A DNA stretch of 64,000 bases, from contig CBFDEM010000011.1 of the NCBI GenBank assembly GCA_965603825.1, forward strand, positions 868,001 to 932,000, given 5' to 3'. Shown one piece after another: positions 38,791 to 50,384 of this stretch (positions within the stretch are counted from its first letter, which is position 1; every line of letters begins with the position of its first letter). A program made the translations under genes and the position numbers. A model generated the notes under the pieces. It did no database searches. It was not told the DNA's origin and saw only the letters and a program-made list of their open reading frames with translations. This stretch comes from Blepharisma stoltei ATCC 30299 (lineage: Eukaryota; Protista; Ciliophora).

Positions 38791-40678
38791 TTAATCTTCA
38801 CCTATCAAAAGCATAGCAGCAGAACCTGGCAGCTGGATTTCAAGAAGATCCTTAGCATGATTTTGCAATTTCTTCCTATCAATTCCTCTTTCATTAATTG
38901 ACGGCTTTGATAAAAACAAAATGCCTTTTTTCAGTTCTGCAATTTCTTTTGCAATTTTATTCATCTTATCTATTCTTTTCTTTGTATTTTTTTCAAGTGG
39001 CTCTAGATCTTGGCTGCGAATTCTGCCTTCCAAAATTTGCTTGAATGCTAATTTTGAAATTTTTTCTTCTATATAATTTCTTACGTTCTTCAGCTTTCCC
39101 AGATATTCTCTTTCCAAACTTCGGAGAAGATTCAACAGGCGCAGTTTGCATTCGCTTAAAGCTTTTATCTATTGACTCTTCAGGCTCAGTTTGTTCTTTT
39201 TGTTCTTCTATAGTTTCTATTTCTTCTTTTTCGTCTTCATCTTCTTCACTCTCTGACTCATCTATTTTTTTTACTGGCTTTTCACTGAGGGAATTAAACC
39301 CTTCTTGAATTATCGCAACAAATAAATTGTGCACACAACTATCATAGAAATTACTTGATAAAAAATATGATGAAAGCAAACATGTAAATCTGTCCAATCA
39401 CTATGTCTTCTAAAACAACACCATCGAAGAAAAAGTAGACAGAGTCACCACAAAGTAGGGCAAATAAAGCCATCATAGAAGAAGTCGTGTTAGGGTAGAA
39501 ACCACAATTTCAAAATAAACACATGGCAAGGAAGGTGAAGCCCATAAAAATAGGGAGAATTCCGACCATGTAGGGAAGCAAAGTGGAAAAGCTTCGCTTT
39601 AATGTATTGGCAATTGTGTAGGTCTGTGAAGTATGCTCAAGATATTGAATTATGCCAACCCACGCTGTAAAGCAGCCAAAACCAATGAGAGTTTCATGGA
39701 GATTCATAGATCGGCCTTGGTCAACTATTGTTAAAATCCCTGAAAACATTTGGCAAATATTTCCAATAATATTAAAAATTACTCATAAATTCAAAAACTT
39801 CAGCTTCTCCCGAGTTCCTAAATAATCCCAAGCAGATCTATATCCTCTAGGTCCTCCTCTCATTTTAGCAATTAAAAGCGCCCTCTTCATGAAATACAAA
39901 AAAATAGAGCACAGCGAGCATATTGACAAAATTAAAATCGCAACCCCAAGCCAAACGAATTTTTTCATAGGGTCATCTACATATATTTCTTACAAATTTC
40001 ATCGCCGCAGCTGCTTCTATCAATATCCATTACCACATTAACAGGTCCATGTACAGAATAATCATATTTTTGATTTAACACTCAATGATAGCATGTTGAG
40101 AAAAGGTCTAGCTCATCATCTAAATGCTGGTTGAAAATCATTTTAATCTCAAATCTGCTTACAAGCTCCAAGTAATTTTTTGGATTCAGATGTGAAAAAG
40201 GTCCAAGGTCTTCAGGACTCAGTTTGTATTCCATTTCATAGCCTTTACTTTTTGCATCATCATAATCTAAATAATCCACTAATAGTCTGGGTTTTTGAAT
40301 ACTCCCATCATCTTCGTATTCGTAGGAATAATTATCTAATGTATGGGAATTCACGTGATAATATCTATCAACTGTTTTTTGCAAAAAGTGAGTTAGATCT
40401 CTGATGCTGAAAACATTATAAGAGTTTGTAATTGTTGTGTCAGAGCCTTGGACGTCTGGGTTCAAAAATAATTTATTTCATAAAGTATATTGAGTATATG
40501 AGTATGAAGCAGAATTAAAAACAATTATAAGGACTTGGCAAGTGGTGGTGATAAGAAGCAAGATCTGGATAACGATTTTTCAGGGATATATACCGAACCT
40601 CTCATATTTCTCTAATGGGTGCATGTATAAGCTATCTCTTATACTCATATTCACCATGCTCGCTCGATGAGAAGCCAT
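38791..40678 (-). CDS. Mucolipin/TRPML-like cation channel
   Basis: YMHPLEKY...P-W(TGA)-KIVIQIL, FLNL-W, and pore region LFALLCGD. Frames are joined by introns at 39977-39993 (17 nt), 39339-39354 (16 nt) and 39069-39084 (16 nt). Confidence 0.88.
39069..39084 (-). other. 16-nt spliceosomal intron (gtaagaaattatatag)
   Basis: GT-AG ends with A at -6. Removal joins the acidic tail to the coiled-coil frame ending at TAA 38791. Confidence 0.72.
39339..39354 (-). other. 16-nt spliceosomal intron (gtaatttctatgatag)
   Basis: Removal restores the last TM helix FIIFFIN-CVHNLFVAII. Confidence 0.8.
39977..39993 (-). other. 17-nt spliceosomal intron (gtaagaaatatatgtag)
   Basis: GT-AG ends, A six nt from the 3' end. 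A length of 2 mod 3 is required to join the flanking mucolipin frames, and the unspliced frame hits TAG. Confidence 0.8.
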
Positions 40679-41077
40679 ATTGTATTAAATCACCTTTAAT
40701 TGTGAATAGATAAGTAATGGACAATTATAAATTCATTCTCATTAATATTGATAAAGTATTAATTAACAAAACTTATATGCAAAGCTTGATCATTATATAC
40801 TTCTAGGCAAAAATCCAAATTTTGATACTTGCTTGAAGCTATTTAGAGAGCTATGAATCTTAGAATGATTTAGCTTAAAACCGATTCCAATCGATAATAA
40901 AATATTTTAATAATTAAGTTAAAATTATTTGCTTTACTATTTTCTTCATCTCAAGTATAAAACACGTTTGATAATTTTCCATTTTTTATTGCTCAAAAGA
41001 ATAAGCCTTCTATTAATCTAGTTGTTAATGCATAACACGCTGAAATTTAAATTAAAATAAAATAGCTTTTATATATA

Positions 41078-44000
41078 ATGAGTTTTTCCGTGCCTAAATA
41101 TCAGATCAGCCCTTTGCCTTCAAGCTTGAAATTTACCCCACAGCAATTTGAGCAACTAAAGCACCAAATTCAAAGCTACACCATTCTGAACAGGGGCCAA
41201 GAGCTTTCCCAAGTTCAAATCCAAGCAATCCAAGGTATAAAACTCCAAGCATTTGACTCATACCAGACAACTGGCTACAACACTCAAATGAAAACAAAAT
41301 ATAACCATTCGCAAGATATTAAAGAAAAATCCAATAGCCAACTCCACTATGAACAAGAACCAAAATCAATAACTTTCTTCTATGAGAATCGTGCTAAATT
41401 ACTTGAAAAGTTCTTACAGTCTGACTTAGACGAAGACACCAAAAACAGAATTTTGACTGAAAAGTTTCTGATTGAATTAAGGGATCTTCAAAATCAGACT
41501 AGAAGTGAAGTAATAAAAGAATGAAAAGAGCAGCCTGATAACAACTATGACCAAAGCCATAGACTTCTAGAAACCACTCTTCTTGATAGGGACTTTTTCA
41601 AGAGAAATTTCCCAATGTTTGATTTTAGAGCTAAACAAGAAAACAGAATGCTTGGAAGATATGACTATGAAATGAGAAATGGCCAAGACACCAAAAGAAA
41701 AAACCAACAAATGATTTTCTTGTCAGAAGTCCTTAATCATCAACAAGATTTTTTTGATTTTCATAGAAGAAATCACGTAATTTTAATATAGGCAAATCTC
41801 CGCAAAAACATATATGGCGGCAAAGGATATTTGGATTATTTAGACCGGCAAGAAAAGGCAAAGAGAGATAAGGATGAGAAAGAGAGGCTTAAAGCGCTAA
41901 AGGACAACAACATGGAAATTTATGTTGATTTGTTAGCCAAAACAAAAAATGAGAGATTGCTGAAAATTTTACAGCAAACTGACAGCTTTTTAAGAGAAAT
42001 TGGAGCAAAAGTTTTACTTCAAAAGGGCGATAATGAAGCAGAAATTGTGGAGCAGGCCCCAGAAGCACAAAGCGCAGGCGAAATAATAGCAGACAGTTTA
42101 AAGAAATCGTCAAAAATGTATTATGAAATCACTCATGCTGTAGTTGAAGAAATAAAAACTCAGCCTGAAAATATAGAAGGAGGAATGCTTAAAAGCTACC
42201 AGCTTATAGGATTGCAATGACTGGTTTCTTTATATAATAACAATTTGCATGGAATTCTTGCTGATGAAATGGGGCTTGGGAAAACTATACAGACAATAGC
42301 ATTGTTTCAGTATTTAATTGACAATAAAAATAATGAAGGGCCATTTTTAGTCGTTGTCCCTCTATCAGTCCTCTCGAACTGGGTAATGGAATTCAAAAAA
42401 TGGGCACCAAAAATAAAATTTATCGTATATAAAGGCCCTCCAATTCATAGGAAAAAATTGGTTTCTAATGTATTAACAATGAAAAAGTTCAATGTCTTAA
42501 TAACAACTTATGAGTATATAATTAAAGACAAGCAGCAGCTTAGCAAGATAGCATGGTCTTACATAGTTGTAGATGAAGGCCATAGAATGAAAAACTCCAA
42601 GTCAAAATTCGCTCAGATTTTAGGTCTTCAATACTCCTCTGATCATAGAATTTTGCTTACAGGAACTCCACTACAGAATAACTTAAACGAGCTCTGGTCT
42701 CTTCTCAATTTTCTGCTCCCTAAAATATTCCATACACTGGACGACTTCGAAAAATGGTTCAACATTCCTTTTTCCAAAATCCCAGGCGAGCAAGTCGAAT
42801 TGACTGAAGAAGAAAGCTTGCTTCTAATTAACCGCCTCCATCAAGTGCTACGTCCATTTTTATTAAGAAGGGTCAAAAAAGATGTAGAAAAAGAGCTTCC
42901 AGATAAAGTGGAATTTGTATTAAAAGTCGAGTTATCTTCGTGGCAGAAAAAGCTTTATAAAGATATACAAGAAAAAGCATTTTTCAATCGAGATGGAGGA
43001 CCATGAAGGTGCAAAAGTCTTAATAACTCAGTTATGCAGCTTCGAAAGGTGTGCAATCATCCTTATTTGTTTTTGCATTATGAGCAACTTCCAATGGTGA
43101 CTGATGAAATATGAAGATGTTCAGGAAAATTTGAAACCTTAGATAGAATGCTGCCAAAGTTCATAAGAATGAACCATAGAGTTTTGATTTTCACCCAAAT
43201 GACTCATTTGATGGATATTATGTCAATGTATTTCGAATACAGAGGCTTCAAATATTTGAGGCTGGATGGAACTACAAAACCTGAAGACAGAGACTTAAGA
43301 ATGATGCTCTTTAATAGCGAAAACTCCGAGTACTACATTTTCTTACTATCCACTAGAGCAGGAGGGCTCGGATTAAATTTACAAACCGCTGATACAGTTA
43401 TCATTTATGACTCAGATTGGAACCCACAAATGGATTTACAAGCTCAAGATCGTGCACATAGGCTTGGACAGATGAAAGAGGTTCGAGTTTACAGGCTTGT
43501 AACAAACACTAAAATTGAAGAAGCAATTCTAACCAAAGCTGCCTACAAAAAAGACGTTGATGCCAAAGTAATACAGGCTGGCTTATTCAATACAAAGTCT
43601 ACAGAGCTCGAAAGAAATGAAAAATTGAGAAATCTATTAAAAGCTGAAGAAAACGAAGAAAGTGAAGACGAGACTGAATTTTTGACAACCCAGCAGTTAA
43701 ATGAAATCATTTCACGCAATGATGAAGAGTATCAAATTTATGAGCAAATGGACGCAGAAATGATGAAAAATGAAAATTATAAAGAAAGGCTAATTCAAGG
43801 AGATAAGCTGCCGTTTTGGCTGGAAACTCATGAAGAAGAAATCAATTTGGATCAGTTCATGTATGGGAGAGGAATGAGGAGGCATAAAGAGCTTTATTAT
43901 AGAGAAGAAATTGAATTAGAAAATCAATATTTGGGGATGAAGAGGGTTGGATCGCCTATAGAAGATGAAATTAATAAAAGAGCTAAATCGTCCTCTGAGT

Positions 44001-44173
44001 CAGAAGCCGGAATTGAAATTGGAGGGCATGGGACAAAAATTACAATTTCAAGTGGAAAAATGCTGGGATCAAATGAGAGCTCGTCTGAGACAAGTATACA
44101 AGATTTAGAAGAAGATGAAGTTTTTAAATCAGGGGAGGAAGATGAGGAGGATTATGAAAATTTCAATAACTAA
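41078..44173 (+). CDS. SNF2: SWI/SNF ATPase of BRM/BRG1/SNF2 type (QLQ, HSA, SNF2_N, helicase C; no bromodomain)
   Basis: QLQ-like [17 protein letters not shown](TGA)-[46 protein letters not shown] and QAQDRAHR. 15-nt intron at 41777-41791. Confidence 0.95.
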
Positions 44174-44456
44174 TAGAATTATATGATATAAATAAAGGCA
44201 GATAAGCTATCAGCTTGAATCGCTTTATTAATCTTTATAAATGCTCTAAAAGATAAAATCCAAATTGAAACTTAAGCATATTTAAATGGTGAAAAATTAT
44301 TTTCCAATTTTATTTTTTTTATCAGAGTTACTAATTTTGATCTATTTTACGTGTTTTGTTTCCCGAAAATGTTTATCAGATTTTCTAGAACAATTAAAAA
44401 TTCCCTATATAAAAATGGCCACTATTAAGTTATTTATAAATATTATACATCAAGAA

Positions 44457-44630
44457 ATGGGTTGTTATCCAAGCAGTTCAAAACTTACAAGATTTCCAGG
44501 TTTTATTATAAAGAAAAAGCATCACAGAACACATGATGAAATACAGACAGTAGCATCTGAGAGCTTTATTAATTATATGTCAAGCTTAAGCACAATTTTA
44601 AACCAGCACAACAAAAATGTGCCTTTTTAA
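44457..44630 (+). CDS. Possible 57-aa microprotein starting MGC
   Basis: ATG in an AAAATG-like context after an AT-rich stretch, MGCYPSS N-terminus, TAA stop. No homology evidence. Confidence 0.3.
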   Translation: MGCYPSSSKLTRFPGFIIKKKHHRTHDEIQTVASESFINYMSSLSTILNQHNKNVPF

Positions 44631-45349
44631 GTTGAGTAATCACACAATTATAAGTAGAAGATTCAATGTAACTTTAACTAATAAAAGTAGGAGTAAGAAA
44701 ACCTTAGTTTTTAATAACTAGGCATATAGGTGGCAACATAAGAAGAGCCTAATGCATAAATCTGAAGATTGCCTAATAAAGGCTGCGAGTAAATTAAAGA
44801 TAATGCGCGCATTGATAACGGTTGAAACCACAATATCAAGCTATCATAATCCTTTAACGAGGAATTAAATTTATTATTAAAATAAGAAGACAAAGAGAAT
44901 AGAATTATTTTCTCAATAGCTCTACTGATCGAATTTATACACTCCTAAAAACTTCAATTCTTAATTCTGCGTGCTATATAAGCTCTAAAAGTTTTATCAG
45001 AGTTATAAATTTTAACTTCAATTTCATAATTAGACAATTTCTAGAATATTAATCGCATGGAAGAATTGCTTCTTCCTTTTGATTCTTGTTTTAAAGGGAA
45101 TATAATTTTAAAATATAGGCTTATACTGCAGCAAGTCTATCGTAAAAATTATTTAGACTTTTTTTTTTATTTTGACTGGTTTCTTAAAAAATTAATATTA
45201 AAATTGAATTTTTAAAAATTCGAGATAATTTCAACCCAAAGCTCAATACATCTAGAAAATTAATAATTATAATATCCCCAAAGGTTTTTCAATTTTAATT
45301 AACTAATGCTAATGGTAATCTAATTTAAATCTTGATATGGCTGAATAAG

Positions 45350-45575
45350 CTTATCATCTGCATCAAACTTCTCGCTGCCTCCTTCTGCACCTTTTATGAT
45401 TGAAGAGAGCAGATCTTCAAGAGAAAGTCTTGTCTTTTTTACTTCCCTTAAATTCAATGAAGTCCTTTTGCTATTTTCTATTGATAAGAGCCACGACAGA
45501 GCTCATCAATCCAAGTGCAGATCCAAGTAATAAACTAATCAAATATTCATTGTTCGCTTTGGACTTCTTTAATAA
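45350..45575 (-). pseudogene. Inverted relic of the C-terminal TM region of the kelch/Cys-rich membrane protein family
   Basis: Minus strand 45575-45471 reads LLKKSKANNEYLISLLLGSALGLMSSVVALINRK*, similar to ITTRSSKQTVLILISGLLGSVFGVMGAIGG of the adjacent genes. Confidence 0.5.
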
Positions 45576-46087
45576 CTAAGGATTTTTGCAAGATTAGTCT
45601 ATTGATAACGATAAATTATCAATGATGGATATAGAGAAGGAGATCCGAAAGAATTATATAATGAAAGACACATTGAAATATAGTAGCCCATGTTATTGCA
45701 CAAATAATCTGCTAGAGCCCATATTCCTATAAAATTGAAATAGGAAATTATAAACTCTAAATAGTTATAAATCTGTTAGCAATAATTTTATTTAATTTAT
45801 ATAAGTATTTTTGACCAGCTTAAGATAATATTGTGATAATATGAATTAAGATGCAAAATAGAAGATCCGCTTCACTTTAGCAATTATTTTGCTGCTAGAC
45901 ACCCTTCTTCAGCTTATCCATAAAGGTTAAGCTTTAATTCTAATGGCGAAATTAAAGTCTGCCACAAAAATGCTTTATTTATTGATAATTTATATGTTTG
46001 ATTTCCAACCCTTTGCATAATAAAATATAAATAGCTTAATAGAATTTGATTATTTTTCCTCATATACAAGAATTTATTGTCGAATAA

Positions 46088-49000
46088 ATGAATTTTCTTT
46101 ATGCTTTAGTGTTTTTGACTTATTCAGTTTCAAGTGATATTGAGATTCTTCGCTATCCTTCAACAGATCCTCAGCCAGATCCAAGAAAATTCATAATTAT
46201 GAATGGTGTCTTTTCACACAACTACTTTATTTTCTTTGGTGGGTACAATAACCGTGACGACATTTACAGTGACATATGAAATTTTGACCTGAGTACCAAG
46301 AGGTGGTCTCAAGCATTTTCTTCAAACGGAAACAACCCCAGTAAGAGCTATTTAGTTGCAAGATATAATGGGGGAGGCTTCTGAAATTATCTGAGAGATG
46401 AGTATTGCATATGAGGCGGAATGTCGATAAGAGGTCAGCTCAATGATTTATGATGCTTCCATCTAACAGATTTTTTATGGAGGGAGGTCGAAGTTTCAGG
46501 TGATTTAATCAAGCCTCGGTATAGAATTGGTTATACAAACTGAAATGAGACCAGCACTGTCATGTTTGCAATTTTTGGAGGTATTACGATTGAGCATACC
46601 AGCTCTGATCTTTATATGTAATTTTTATTCAGAATAAATACAACTTCTTATGAAGCTATTAAGCAGCCTTATCAAGGAGACCTCCCAGGAGCTCAAGAGG
46701 GTGCAAACATTTTTTATTCAAATGGATGCATTTATATGGTAGGTGGGGTTTCTACTTATGATGCAAATCCATATGCTCCGAAATTTTTTAGATATAACAT
46801 TGCTGATCAAAAATGGGAAAATAAAACAAATCCGACTAATATATATAAATTCAGAAATTATGCCCAAGCCAGAGTTAATAATAATATCTTATATCTATTT
46901 CCAGGACAAAAATCAGACCGGTCAGGAAATGAAATAAGTATATGAGCTGTATCGCTTCTAGACCCAGATTTTGCGTGGTATGAAGTCCAAGTAGCAAACG
47001 ATGTAAATGGCATTATATCACGACATTCCTATGGCATTACCAGAGTAGGAACCGATCTTTTCATGTTCGGAGGAGATATGAATGGAGAAGTTAGAAATGA
47101 TTTTGTGAAATTTAATCTATCATCAAATCCATTGAGTTTCACGTATTTTCCTACTTTTCTTTCGCCATCTCAAAGACAATATCATTCCTTCACATTAGTA
47201 GGCGGATATTTATACTTGTTTGGAGGGGATCATGAAGGGACAAAATTGAATGACTTATGAAGATGGGATATAGCGAACGAGCAATGGCAAGAAATTACTC
47301 CTGGTGGAACAATACCTGACCCTAGGTCTCATCATGCATGCTCCTCGTATGGAGATGTGATGGCAGTTTTTGGAGGAATTGGCGAGTTTGGGTACTTGAA
47401 TGACGTTTTCCTGTATAATTCTTTGACAAATGTATGATATCAAATCGAGTCAGCTTCTCAAATAATTCCAAGTATTAGATCTGGAGCATGCTTGGATATA
47501 AAAGACTCCGAGATTGCAATATATGGAGGAAAAACGCGATCTGGGCTTTCAGATGAATTATGGATTTTAGATTTAGGTTCCCAGCTTTTCACCCTAGTAG
47601 ACAGTGATAACTCAAATGGTCCAGGTCCTCTTTATCTGTCTTCATGCAGATTTTCATCTGATCATCCTCATATATTTTACGTAACCAACGGAATAACTAC
47701 AACTGAAGATCCATCAAATGGATTTTACAGTTTTAACCTCACCAAATCTAAATGAACAAAAATATATCATGGCCCTACTAATTCATTATATGATAGAGCC
47801 GATATCAAGACTTTTAAAGTTAGAAGCAGGTATATCTACATTGGTGGAGATATTTATAATACTCCAAGTTACTCTATTACTTATTTTAATACAACCTCAA
47901 CAGAATTCGTAAATTTCGCAGAGCTTCCTGAATATATTTATGCAGCTGCCCAAACTTATTTTGGGGACTCATACTATACTAATGGAGGAGGGAAAACAAT
48001 AGGAAATAATTTGAGAAGAACTATTCCTACTGGAGTTTTATTAAAAATAAATTTACTTTCAACTTGTGAGGATTCTTCCAATTGCGGGTGGAAATGCAGC
48101 CCTGGCTCATATTTATCAGAAAACTCATGTGTTTCTTGTCCAGCTGGGACCTATCAGCCTTATTTTGAAACTACAGAATGCGATAAATGCCCACCTGGAA
48201 CTTATTATTCAGGTACAGCTGCTGTAACAATAATTCAATGTTACCCCTGCAGTGAAGGAACCTATAGTTCAGAATATGGGACAGGATATTGCATAAACTG
48301 TCCAGCGAACTCATATTGCCCTGCAGGAAGTACAGGCTATTCGTTTATAGTTCCTACGTTTTCTGACTCCTCAATTCAGCCAAATTTATTTAAAGAAGGG
48401 GATTCGACTGCAAGCAATTATTCTTCATATGTATCCATAGCATTAGGAATTTTTGGAGTTCTTATTATAATTGTCCTCATAATTATCGCTCGAAATAAAG
48501 ATATTTTAGTAAAAATTGATCTCTATTCTGCACAGCACAATTATTTATTAGATGTGCCAATGATCCTAACAAAAACCAAAGTGGGAGGATTATTCTCAGT
48601 TATTTTTATGATTTTAGCAATAATTGTCATTGCTTCCACTTTGATTAATTTCGCTGAAAACAACACTGTAGAGACAAAAACATTGGTGCCACTCGTAGTT
48701 ATGGACGAAAAAGTCTCGGTTTACAAAACAGATCTGAACGTTACATTAACAATCATAAATTATGGAGGTCCTTGCACTGACGAAAATAAATGTGCTGACA
48801 CGATAGGCTTTACATATGAATATTTTTCAGGAGCGTGGGACGATCCAAAATGTAAAAGCAACGGTAGAGACTGCGAAGTCTTTCTTTCATGCATTGACTG
48901 TGTTATAGACCCAGGTGCTTATTTACTTTATGAGTTCACAAATAGGTCAAGTTTTGCCTCAGGCTTTACTACTAATGTGACTTCAAACAGCTCAGTTCCT

Positions 49001-49624
49001 AACTCTGTCAGCAGCTATAAAACAAGTTTGCTCCCTACAAGTCAAAAAGTATTCAGAGGTGAGCAATATTCTTCGATGTACTTTGATCTGACTCCTTCAG
49101 TAATTTTTATTTAGTATTACCAAAATATGGATTCAGGGCTCGATCTCACTGGATACCACATTTCGAAATCTAAAGACTCTGAAAAAGGCACTGAATATTT
49201 AACCAGCGAGTAAGATTAATTTAGGCTTGCAATGTCTTATAACTTATACTTGAAAATTTTATTCAACAGAAATTCCAATTGTTTGATTACTACAAGAAGT
49301 AGTAAGCAAACCGTTTTGATTTTAATAAGTGGACTTCTTGGATCTGTTTTTGGGGTTATGGGGGCAATTGGAGGAGCAATGTCTTTTACAGAAGGGCAAT
49401 TAAATAAGATGAAGGAGCGTAAAGATAGAATCAGATTTAGAGAAAGTATAGCTTATGGGTCTGATATGATAAAGAGTAGCATCAACGCAAGCATTTTTTT
49501 AAAAAAGACATGAGAAGATGAGCCTACCTCCAATAAAGGCATTTATGATGATGAATTATTCGAAATGGATTTATCCAATTTCAGGAGGCAATCACTTGCT
49601 GATGGAAAAAATATACACCAATAG
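46088..49624 (+). CDS. Surface protein copy A: signal peptide, kelch repeats, Cys-rich GCC2/GCC3-like repeats, 3 TM (~1158 aa)
   Basis: One frame with many TGA=Trp in kelch GG...W repeats. 15-nt introns at 46341-46355, 46618-46632, 49100-49114 and 49210-49224. CPAGTY/CPPGTY repeats; stop TAG 49622-49624. Confidence 0.9.
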
Positions 49625-49754
49625 CAGCATAAGCTCTTTTCATATTATAAATAAGAATAAAAAATTAAAATTATTTTGATAAACATAAAATCCAAAAACG
49701 AAATTTATTAAAGGTAAAAAAGGGAAAATATAATCTAAGTCCTTAACTAAGGCT

Positions 49755-49870
49755 ATGGAAAGCTCCATGCAGGCCAATAATCTCTTTCATATAGCTCCTT
49801 CAGTTTTTTGCCACTCCGAACACAAGTTTCGCAATATTACTTCTCCCAAACGAGGGCTTTCACCAACTGT
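49755..49870 (-). repeat. ~115-bp relic repeat, copy 1
   Basis: The ctccatgcaggccaataatctctttcatat core recurs near 54067 and, diverged, near 58767. Confidence 0.75.
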
Positions 49871-50384
49871 CCAGAGCCCTAAATCATTTTCATTCGCTCA
49901 CGGAGTGGAAGCAAGGATTCTGCGAGATTAAGTCTATTGATAACGATAAATTATCCAATCATGGATATAGAGAAGGAGATGCGAAAAATTATATAATGAA
50001 AGGCACATTAAAATATAGAGGCCCATGCTAAAGTAAAAATAATCTCTAATAGAGTCCATGTTCTTATGCTTATAAAATTGGAATAGGAAAATTATAAACT
50101 TAAAAGTAGTTTGACAATCTTAGGGTAATACCAATGATAATATGAGTTACGATATAAATAAAATATCCGGTTTACTTTAACAATTTTTTTGTTGCTAGAC
50201 ACCCTTCTTCAGCTTATCCATAAAGGTTAAGTTTAATTATAATGGTGAATTTAAAGCCTGCCACAAAAATGCTTTATTTATTAGTAATTTATACGTTTGA
50301 CTTCACCCGTTCTATAATAAAGTTTAAATAGTTTAAAAAGAATCTGATTATTTTTCTCATATACAAGAATTTATTATCCAAAAA

